A DNA stretch of 64,000 bases, from positions 2,342,687 through 2,406,686 of the forward strand of contig OZ244900.1 in assembly GCA_965221595.1 (NCBI GenBank), in the 5' to 3' direction. The DNA comes from Vicinamibacterales bacterium. GTDB taxonomy: Bacteria; Acidobacteriota; Vicinamibacteria; Vicinamibacterales; UBA8438. This document shows, piece by piece, positions 28,652 through 36,256 of this stretch; position 1 is the stretch's first letter, and every line of letters starts with the position of its first letter. The translations under genes were made by a program, and so were the position numbers. The notes beneath the pieces were generated by a model, which was given only the letters and a program-made list of their open reading frames with translations, was not told the DNA's origin and ran no database searches.

Positions 28652-28864
28652 CGGGCGCGGCGGTTCGGGTGCAGCCCAGGCGGCGGCGCACGTCGCCATC
28701 GGCACATCCCTACAGGCACGTCCCTGGCAGTCCGTACTGAAAGCGGGGGCTGCCATGCATTATGTTGGCCGCAATCCGACCCATATCGGGCTAAAATGGC
28801 TCCCTGCAGCCGCCTGATGCCGGGAGACGGCAGCGGGGCGGCCGGGGGGAAGTAGAGGACGAAC

Positions 28865-29722
28865 ATGCTGCAACGCGTCGGAAGATTGTGTCTGGCTGTC
28901 GCGCTCGTCGCCGCGGCCGCCGTGGCCCTGTGGCCGGCGGAGACCGCAGGCCAGGACGAGGCCTATCGTGCGCCGCGCCTCATCGGCACGGACCACCCGG
29001 ACCTGAACGGCATCTGGCAGGCGATGGGAACGGCGCACTGGAACGTAGAGGACCATTCCGTCGATGCAGGACCGTTCCCGACGTTGCTCGGCACGTGGGG
29101 CGTCCAGCCCGCCGGCCGCAGCGTCATCGTCGGCCGCGGCCGGATCCCGTACCAGGACTGGGCGCTGGAGAAGCGGCGCGAGAACTACGAGACGCGGCTC
29201 ACGATGAATCCGGACGAGCTCAGCACGCAGGGCGACCCCGAAGCCAAGTGCATGATGCCGGGGATTCCGCGGGCGACCTATCTGCCGTTCCCGTTCCAGA
29301 TCATTCAGGTGCCGAACAAGATCCTCGTCGCCTATCAGTTCAACGTGGCCAAGCGCACCATCCACATGGAGAACCACGTGGAAGCCCCGATCGACTTCTG
29401 GATGGGATGGTCCAATGGGCACTGGGAGGGCGACACGCTGGTGGTGGAGGTCACGGGCTTCAACGGCCTGACCTGGCTCGACCGCTCGGGCAACTTCCAC
29501 AGCGAGGCACTGCGCGTCGTCGAGCGTTTCACGCCGACCGGCCCGCATCACCTGCTGTACGAAGCCACGCTCGAGGATCCCAACGTCTACACCGAGCCCT
29601 GGACGATCCGCATGCCGCTGTATCGCCGGCTGGAGGAGAACGCCCAGCTGCTCGAGTTCCGTTGCGTCGACATCGTGGAGGAATTCATCTACGGCAGCCT
29701 CGTCAAGGGCGCCCAGCCGTAG
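28865..29722 (+). CDS. Secreted protein of unknown function (paralog A)
   Basis: Signal peptide. Shares GDPD/HPDLNGIW, WEGDTLVVEVTGFN, ERF, DPNVYTEPW and EFRC motifs with the next gene. Confidence 0.7.
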   Translation: MLQRVGRLCLAVALVAAAAVALWPAETAGQDEAYRAPRLIGTDHPDLNGIWQAMGTAHWNVEDHSVDAGPFPTLLGTWGVQPAGRSVIVGRGRIPYQDWALEKRRENYETRLTMNPDELSTQGDPEAKCMMPGIPRATYLPFPFQIIQVPNKILVAYQFNVAKRTIHMENHVEAPIDFWMGWSNGHWEGDTLVVEVTGFNGLTWLDRSGNFHSEALRVVERFTPTGPHHLLYEATLEDPNVYTEPWTIRMPLYRRLEENAQLLEFRCVDIVEEFIYGSLVKGAQP

Positions 29723-29757
29723 CGGCCGTAGCCGAGAGCACGACAGGAGGCTTTGAG

Positions 29758-30945
29758 ATGCGCAAGCTGAACTTCGCGGCCGGGGCGGCGGCAGCCGTCC
29801 TCGTCATGGTGGGGCTGGCAGCGATGCCGGCCGGCGGGCAGGCCCAGGAGGAGACCGCCTACGAGGTGCCGCGCACCGCCTGGGGCGACCCCGACTTCCA
29901 GGGTTCGTGGGAGAACCGCACGCCCACGCCGCTGGAGCGCCCCGTCGAGTTCGGGACGCGCGAGTTCCTCACCGAAGAGGAAGCGGCAGCCCGCGCGGCC
30001 AACCGCGTCGGCCTGCCCGACGGCGAGGAAGGCATCATCGCGGACGACCTGGTGGCTGCGGACGTCCAGCGCGTCGCGCGGTCCAACGACATCGACCCCG
30101 ACCGGCCTGGGCAGCGGATCTCCGGGGCCGAGTACAACGCGTTCTGGAACGCACCGGTCAGCCCGCGCCTCGCGTCACGGCGCACGTCACAGATCGTCGA
30201 TCCCCCGGACGGCCGGCTACCACCCTATACGCGCGCCATTCTCGAACAGTGGGACGCGCGAGAGGCGGCGCGCGCCCACCGCGGGGAAGCCGACTCGTGG
30301 GCGGACCGCAACGTCATGGAGCGCTGTCTCCTCCGCACCGGCCTGGCGATGGGCGAAATGAACGTGCCGAAGGACATCTACCAGACGCCCGGCCAGATCG
30401 TCTTCGATCTGCAGTACGGCGTGGTGCGTATCGTCCCGCTCGACGATCGCCCGCGCCTGGGTTCGGACATCACGCAGTGGTGGGGCGATTCGCGCGGCCG
30501 CTGGGAGGGCGACACGCTGGTCGTCGAGACCACGAACTTCAACACCATGCAGAACGGTGGTCCCGTGATGCCCTCGCACGGGGGCATCTACGGGCACAAC
30601 CACGCCCACTACCACATGGGTTCGGGCGAGGACCTGACGATCACCGAGCGCTTCCGGCGCACGAGCCCCGACACTATCGAGTACGCCTACACGGTCAACG
30701 ACCCCAGCGTGTACGTGGCGCCGTTCACGGCCGTCAACATCTGGCACCTCGATTCCAACGAGCCGGACGTCTACGAGTACACCTGCCACGAGCACAACTA
30801 CGGCATGGTGGGCCTGCTCAAGGGCGGCCGGGCGAACGAGCAGATCGCGATGGACGAGGCGGCGCGGGAGATCAACGACCGCGCGCCGCAGATCGCCGCC
30901 GAGTGGGCGGAAACGGAAGCCTGGGAGGCGGCACAGGGCCGCTGA
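29758..30945 (+). CDS. Secreted protein of unknown function (paralog B, longer)
   Basis: AGGAGG at 29745-29750 precedes ATG at 29758. Signal peptide, then GDPDFQGSW, RWEGDTLVVETTNFN, ITERF, DPSVYVAPF, YEYTCHEHN. Confidence 0.7.
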   Translation: MRKLNFAAGAAAAVLVMVGLAAMPAGGQAQEETAYEVPRTAWGDPDFQGSWENRTPTPLERPVEFGTREFLTEEEAAARAANRVGLPDGEEGIIADDLVAADVQRVARSNDIDPDRPGQRISGAEYNAFWNAPVSPRLASRRTSQIVDPPDGRLPPYTRAILEQWDAREAARAHRGEADSWADRNVMERCLLRTGLAMGEMNVPKDIYQTPGQIVFDLQYGVVRIVPLDDRPRLGSDITQWWGDSRGRWEGDTLVVETTNFNTMQNGGPVMPSHGGIYGHNHAHYHMGSGEDLTITERFRRTSPDTIEYAYTVNDPSVYVAPFTAVNIWHLDSNEPDVYEYTCHEHNYGMVGLLKGGRANEQIAMDEAAREINDRAPQIAAEWAETEAWEAAQGR

Positions 30946-31014
30946 GAGTCGGGAGGCCGTGTTGCCGAGTTCCGCAGGTTCGGAACCAGGCGAGTTGAAC
31001 AGGAGGAGATTCAG

Positions 31015-31446
31015 ATGCGAGCGAAAGTGGCCATCGTCGGTTGCCTGGTCGGTCTGTTCGCCGTCGTGACGGCGGCGCCGGCCGTGGCGCATCATGCGTT
31101 TGCGGCGGAGTTCGACGCCAACAAGCCGATCTCTCTGCGCGGCAACATCACCCGCATGGAATGGGTCAACCCGCATTCGTGGCTGCACATCGACGTCACG
31201 CGGGAAGACGGCACGGTCGAGGCCTGGATGGTGGAGGGCGGACCGCCGACCAGCCTGCTCCGCCGCGGCTTCACCAAGCGCGATCTGCCCATCGGTGACG
31301 AGGTCTTCGTCGAGGGCTACCTGGCGAAGGACGGTTCGAACAAGGCCAACGGCCGCGACATCACGTTCGGAGACGGGCGCAAGCTCTTCATGGGCTCGTC
31401 CGGCACGGGCGCACCGCGCGACGGGCGCGACCCGACCGAGCGGTAG
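31015..31446 (+). CDS. DUF6152-like secreted protein
   Basis: Signal peptide ending AVA, followed by HHAFAAEFD...W.NPHSW.H.DV. As I recall, this matches the DUF6152 family pattern HHSFA.FD...W.NPH. Confidence 0.65.
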   Translation: MRAKVAIVGCLVGLFAVVTAAPAVAHHAFAAEFDANKPISLRGNITRMEWVNPHSWLHIDVTREDGTVEAWMVEGGPPTSLLRRGFTKRDLPIGDEVFVEGYLAKDGSNKANGRDITFGDGRKLFMGSSGTGAPRDGRDPTER

Positions 31447-31648
31447 CTCGCGGCTCGTCGCCTGGCGGCTCCGCGCGGTGGCCGACCACCCTGCAGGAGT
31501 GCGCCGCGTCTCATGACGCCGCCCGGCCCGCGCATGTGCGCACCGGGCGGCGCTGTTCGCCGGTGGCGGCCCACCCGGCCGGGGTGTGCCAGCAGGTGCG
31601 ACGCCAGCCCGCCGGTTGGCCGCGTCGACCAGGAGGAGGCAGCAGCCG

Positions 31649-32998
31649 ATGAAGATGCTCACGGGGACCCTGGCATTGCTCGTCGTCGCCCTCGGTTTGG
31701 CGGCGACCCCGCCCGCCGAAGCCCAGGAGGCCGAGGCGGAAATCACCTACAGTAGGCATATCGCCCCGATCATCCAGCGGTCGTGCGAGAGCTGTCACCG
31801 GCAGGGCGGATTCGCGCCGATGTCGCTGATGACGTACGACGAGGTGCGGCCCTGGGCGCGGGCGATCAGACAGCGAACGGCGACCCGCGAGATGCCGCCC
31901 TGGTTCATCGAGCCCGACGTAGGTGTCCAGCACTTCAAGAACGACCCATCCCTGAGCGCGGAGGAGATTGCGCTCGTGGCACGCTGGGTCGACGGCGGCG
32001 CCCCGCGCGGCAACCCGGCCGACATGCCGCCGCCCCGCGAGTATCTGGACCGCACGCAGTGGGCCATCGGCGAACCGGACCTGATCGTCGAGGGACCGGA
32101 AGTGCTCGTCGAGGCCATCGCCCCCGACTACCACCGCGAGCTGGGACCCGTGGCGACCGGCCTGACCGAGGACCGCTACATCGCTGCCGTGGAGGTGAAG
32201 GAAACCCGGCTCGACGGCAGCGCGTTCAGGAAGGAAGAAGAGCAGGGCATGAACCTCTTCACCCTGCATCATGCCGGGATCCGGGAGCTCGGGTTCGACA
32301 TGGACGCGCCCGACGGGTTCTACCTGATCTACGAGGTCGGGCAGAACGAGACCGTCTATCCGGCGGACACCGGCGTGCGCCTGCGGGCCGACTCGGCGCT
32401 GACCTACACGGTGCACATGCACTCGGTCGGTCGCGACATCCCGGTGCGCGTCGACGTCGGGTTCAAGTTCCACCCGCGGGGGTACGAGCCGAAGTACAGC
32501 CAGTCGGGCTACAACGCCGGACTCGTCGGCGGCAGCAACGTGCGCGAGGACCTCGCGCTGCCCCCCGGGAACGATTCCATCCGTTACGACAACTTCCAGA
32601 CGATGAGCGCGCCGGGCATCCTCACCACCTTCGAGCCGCACCTGCACATGAGCGGGGACCGGATGTGTGTGGAAGCCCAGTACCCGAACGGGTACCGGGA
32701 GATCATCAACTGTTCGGGGTACGACCACAACTGGGTCAGGACGTACGTCTACGAGGACGACTACGCGCCGCTGCTGCCGCGGGGCACGATCCTGCACATC
32801 ATGGGGTGGTACAACAACTCCGCGACGAACTCGAACAACATCGAACCGCGCAACTGGAAGACGGGCGGCAACCGTTCGGTCGACGAGATGTTCGTGTTCC
32901 TGCCGAAGATCACGCTGCTGACCGACGAGCAGTTCGCCGCAGAAGTGGCGCGCCGCGAAGCGTTGCAGCTCGGCGCCGCCACGAACCAGCAGGACTAG
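31649..32998 (+). CDS. Secreted c-type cytochrome fused to a putative copper monooxygenase-like (PHM/DBH-type) domain
   Basis: AGGAGGAGG at 31631-31639 precedes ATG at 31649. Signal peptide, then IAPIIQRSCESCHR..APMSL.TY.EV..WA..I.....MPPW (haem c site). Downstream His clusters LHH, VHMH, PHLHM in the order expected for two-copper monooxygenases; that part is inference only. Confidence 0.65.
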   Translation: MKMLTGTLALLVVALGLAATPPAEAQEAEAEITYSRHIAPIIQRSCESCHRQGGFAPMSLMTYDEVRPWARAIRQRTATREMPPWFIEPDVGVQHFKNDPSLSAEEIALVARWVDGGAPRGNPADMPPPREYLDRTQWAIGEPDLIVEGPEVLVEAIAPDYHRELGPVATGLTEDRYIAAVEVKETRLDGSAFRKEEEQGMNLFTLHHAGIRELGFDMDAPDGFYLIYEVGQNETVYPADTGVRLRADSALTYTVHMHSVGRDIPVRVDVGFKFHPRGYEPKYSQSGYNAGLVGGSNVREDLALPPGNDSIRYDNFQTMSAPGILTTFEPHLHMSGDRMCVEAQYPNGYREIINCSGYDHNWVRTYVYEDDYAPLLPRGTILHIMGWYNNSATNSNNIEPRNWKTGGNRSVDEMFVFLPKITLLTDEQFAAEVARREALQLGAATNQQD

Positions 32999-33003
32999 CG
33001 GTC

Positions 33004-33948
33004 ATGCGTGCTCGTCTTCGGCGTCGCTCGGCATGGCGCGGGGCCGCGGCGGCCGCGCTGGTCTGCGTGGCCCCGGCCCTCTGCGCCGCCCAGGACAACC
33101 TCATCATGAAGCGCGGGCAGCGCATCGCACCCATCTACGAGGGGTGGATGGCGAACCCGGACGGCACCTTCGACCTGATCTTCGGCTACTTCAACCTCAA
33201 CAGCGAGGAGATACTCGACGTCCCCGTCGGCCCCGACAACAACATCGAGCCCGGCGGGCCCGACCAGGGCCAGCCAGCCCACTTCTTCCCGCGGCGGAGC
33301 CGCTTCACGTTCCGTGTGACCGTGCCCGCGGACTTCGGCGAGCGGGAACTGGTCTGGAAAATCACCGCCAACGGCAAGACCGAGTACGCCTTCGCCACGC
33401 TCAAGCCCGACTACATCATCGACGACCGCATCATGATGATGAACAACGGCGGGTTCGGCGGCCGCGGCCAGCGGCTCGGCGAGCCGGACAACGTGCCGCC
33501 GCGCATCCGTCTCGATGGCCAGCCGACACGGTCAGTGCAGGTAGGAGAGCCGCTCGCCCTGACAGCCTACGCCAGCGACGACGGCAACCCGCGCGGCGGC
33601 ATCGGCGGCTCCAACGACCTCGGCCTGGGCACGGGCTGGTTCGTCTACCGCGGCCCGGCGGCCGCGATCGCGCTGGAGCCCGCGCAGGAGCATCCGGAGT
33701 ACCGCCGCCAGAAGGCGACCGCGGCACGGCTGCGCCGGACGGCGTTTTCGAGCGTCGCGCGGCCGCGCGTGGCCACGGCGGGCGGCGGTGCCTCGCAGGT
33801 GGAGCTCCCGCCGCCCGCCGTCGTCACCGATCAGCCCGTCGAGGTGACCGCCACCTTCGGCGCGCCCGGCACCTACACGCTGCGAGCAATGGCCCACGAC
33901 GGCGGCCTGCACGACGCCGTCGACGTGACCGTCACCGTCGTGCCATAA
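33004..33948 (+). CDS. Secreted protein of unknown function (314 aa)
   Basis: In frame in ORF 31783..33948. ATG at 33004 lies 6 nt after the previous stop. Signal peptide ending ALCAAQ. The beta-rich C-terminus (TATFGAPGTYTLRAMAHDGG...VTVTV) looks Ig/PKD-like. Confidence 0.6.
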   Translation: MRARLRRRSAWRGAAAAALVCVAPALCAAQDNLIMKRGQRIAPIYEGWMANPDGTFDLIFGYFNLNSEEILDVPVGPDNNIEPGGPDQGQPAHFFPRRSRFTFRVTVPADFGERELVWKITANGKTEYAFATLKPDYIIDDRIMMMNNGGFGGRGQRLGEPDNVPPRIRLDGQPTRSVQVGEPLALTAYASDDGNPRGGIGGSNDLGLGTGWFVYRGPAAAIALEPAQEHPEYRRQKATAARLRRTAFSSVARPRVATAGGGASQVELPPPAVVTDQPVEVTATFGAPGTYTLRAMAHDGGLHDAVDVTVTVVP

Positions 33949-34207
33949 CCCAGCCTGCGGGCCTGTAGACAGGCCGCGCGGCCGGCGGTCATTGTTGATC
34001 GCCAGCGTCCTGCGGTGCGCCGTCTTTGCCCGTCTCAAGGGCGAACCTGCCCGGGAGCACCGACAAGCTACTCAAGGGCGAGGCCACCCCACAGTCCGCG
34101 TTCTCGCGGGCGCTGGGCGTGGTCAACCAGTACTTCCTGCCCTCCAACTCGTTCGCGGTGAACCGCATGCTCATGGAGACGGAGTGAGCGCGGAGACCTC
34201 GCCGCGC

Positions 34208-34612
34208 CTACCCGACGACCTCGTCCACGCGGCTCGCGTCGAAGGCGAGGCGGTCCCGCACCAATTCGGCCTCTCGAAACGTCTGCTCGTAGCTCCACAC
34301 CGCGTCGTGGATTTCGCCGCCGGGGCCGTCGATGACGTAGTAGGTGGCCAGCCCCTTGAACGGGCAGTACGTCGTCTTGCCGCTCCGGCGCAGCCGCGTC
34401 ATGTCGATGCCGTTGCGGGCCAGGTAGTAGCGCGTCGGGCAACCGTCCTCCTCCAGCGCCACGACGTCGGTCGTTGCGGCGAGCGGGGTCCCGCCGCCGA
34501 TCTCGACGGTCACGCGCGCATGCCGCGGCACGAATGCAATCCGGTGCGCCGGCGCCCGCGGATAGCCGGGGCCAGGCGTGCCGGGCGGGATGGTGGTCGG
34601 TCGCTCACCCAT
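34208..34612 (-). CDS. DUF427 domain protein
   Basis: RYYLAR..ID...L......TYCPFKGLATYY....G....DAVWSYE pattern. Confidence 0.8.
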   Translation of the reverse strand: MGERPTTIPPGTPGPGYPRAPAHRIAFVPRHARVTVEIGGGTPLAATTDVVALEEDGCPTRYYLARNGIDMTRLRRSGKTTYCPFKGLATYYVIDGPGGEIHDAVWSYEQTFREAELVRDRLAFDASRVDEVVG

Positions 34613-34658
34613 GGTCGATCCCCCTGCCGGGCGTCTGCGCCTTCCGTGGCGCCGACGC

Positions 34659-36197
34659 CTACTGCACCGTCACGGCATTGATCACCACCGGCGTGACCGG
34701 CACGTTCTGGTGCGGGCCCTGGGCGGCGGTCTCGACACCGGCGATGGCATCGACGACGTCCATGCCGTCCGTCACGCGCCCGAAGACGGCGTAGCCGTAC
34801 TCCGCAGGCTCGGTGCCCCGGTGGTCGAGGCCGCGCCCCGCGTTGTCGCTGTGGTTGATGAAGAACTGCGCAGTGGCGCTGTCGACAGCGTTGGTGCGCG
34901 CCATCGCGATGGTGCCGCGCGCGTTGCTGAGTCCGTTGGCGGCCTCGTTGCGGATGGGCTCACGGGTGATCTTGTTGATCAGGTCGGTGCCCATGCCGCC
35001 GCCCTGGATCATGAAGCCCTCGATGACGCGGTGGAAGATGGTGTCCTCGTAGAAGCCGGCGTAGGCGTACTGCAGGAAGTTGCCGACGGAGATCGGGGAC
35101 CGATCCTGGAAAAGCTCCAGCGTGATGTCGCCTCGCGTCGTCGCCATGACCACGGTCGGGTTACCCGGAATCAGGCCTGCGGTGGACAGCCTGATGCGGT
35201 AGACGCCCGTGCTCGCGGTCATGTAGAGCGTCTGCCCGTCGTCGCCCCAAGCGACGTTGGCGGTCACCTCGGGCATCAGGATGGTCCCCAGGTGTACGCC
35301 GTCCGGCCCGATCACCCACACGCCGCCCGGCCCGGTGGCGAAGAGGTTGCCGCGCAGGTCGACCTTCAAACCGTCGGCCGCGCCGGGCGCCGTCTGGTCG
35401 TTCACGTCGTAGAAGACGCGCCCGTTGGATGCGCCGTCCGCGTCGAGGTCGTACGCCATCCACACCTTCTGGTTCTCGTCGGAGTTGGCGACGTACAGCG
35501 TCGACTCGTCTGGCGAGAGCGCGATGCCGTTCGGCCGCGTCTGGTCACGGACGAGCAACGTCAGCTCGCCGTCGGGATCCAGCCGGTAGATGCCGTTGAA
35601 GTCCAGCTCGCGCAGCGGCGACTCCTCCAGTCCTTCGAGGCCGTACGGTGGATCGGTGAAATACAGCGACCCGTCGGCGCCATACGTGGCGTCGTTGGGG
35701 CTGTTCAGGCGGTTGCCCTCGAAGCTGTCGACCAGCACCGTCCGGCTACCGTCGGCCTCCACGCGCGAGATGCGTCGGTTGCCGTGCTCGCAGATGACCA
35801 GCCGCCCCTCGGTGTCGAGGGTCAGGCCGTTCGATGCGATCGACCGCAGGCCCTCGCGGTCGCCTTCGAAGACCGGATCGATGAACGGGCTGGCGCCATC
35901 CGCCGCGGTCCACTGGTGGATGGCGTTGGCCCGCACGTCCGAGAACAGCAGGCGCGATTCGCCGCGGACCCAGACCGGACCCTCGGTGAACACGTAGCCC
36001 TCGGCCACCTTCTCGATGGTGGCGCCGGCGGGCACCAGCGAGTCGAGCCGCCTGTCGATTCTGAGAATCGAGCCCTCGCCGGCGGCCTCCGGGGCCGGAC
36101 CGGCGTCCATCTCCTCCTCGGGCGCCTCCGGGGCGCCACCGCAGGCCATCGTCCAGGCCGCAAGCGCAGCCACCAGCAGCAGGGTCGGTTTCGTCAT
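34659..36197 (-). CDS. Lipoprotein fusing an SMP-30/gluconolactonase/LRE-like beta-propeller to a cyclophilin-type peptidyl-prolyl isomerase
   Basis: Lipobox AAWTMACGG. Propeller motifs (FTEGPVW, SNGLTLD, LNSPNDA, YFTDPPYG, PNGIALSPD, DGLKVD) are followed by a full cyclophilin domain (FHRVIEGFMIQGGG, GTIAMAR, SATAQFFIN, FGRV..GMDVVD). Confidence 0.85.
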   Translation of the reverse strand: MTKPTLLLVAALAAWTMACGGAPEAPEEEMDAGPAPEAAGEGSILRIDRRLDSLVPAGATIEKVAEGYVFTEGPVWVRGESRLLFSDVRANAIHQWTAADGASPFIDPVFEGDREGLRSIASNGLTLDTEGRLVICEHGNRRISRVEADGSRTVLVDSFEGNRLNSPNDATYGADGSLYFTDPPYGLEGLEESPLRELDFNGIYRLDPDGELTLLVRDQTRPNGIALSPDESTLYVANSDENQKVWMAYDLDADGASNGRVFYDVNDQTAPGAADGLKVDLRGNLFATGPGGVWVIGPDGVHLGTILMPEVTANVAWGDDGQTLYMTASTGVYRIRLSTAGLIPGNPTVVMATTRGDITLELFQDRSPISVGNFLQYAYAGFYEDTIFHRVIEGFMIQGGGMGTDLINKITREPIRNEAANGLSNARGTIAMARTNAVDSATAQFFINHSDNAGRGLDHRGTEPAEYGYAVFGRVTDGMDVVDAIAGVETAAQGPHQNVPVTPVVINAVTVQ

Positions 36198-36256
36198 CCT
36201 GAGTCCTCTCGCTCCTTCGCGCGGTGTCGTGGTCTCGCGGGTCGCAGGCTGCGCGG

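Noticed and set aside
33989-34187. Small ORFs on both strands in the gap after the secreted cluster: minus-strand 61 aa MSMRFTANELEGRKYW...; plus-strand frame ending ...GEATPQSAFSRALGVVNQYFLPSNSFAVNRMLMETE-stop at 34185-34187
   Set aside because: The plus-strand frame has coding-like GC3 but no ATG or GTG start, no ribosome site and no recognisable family. The two frames shadow each other. It may be a gene relic, but the evidence is insufficient to call a feature.
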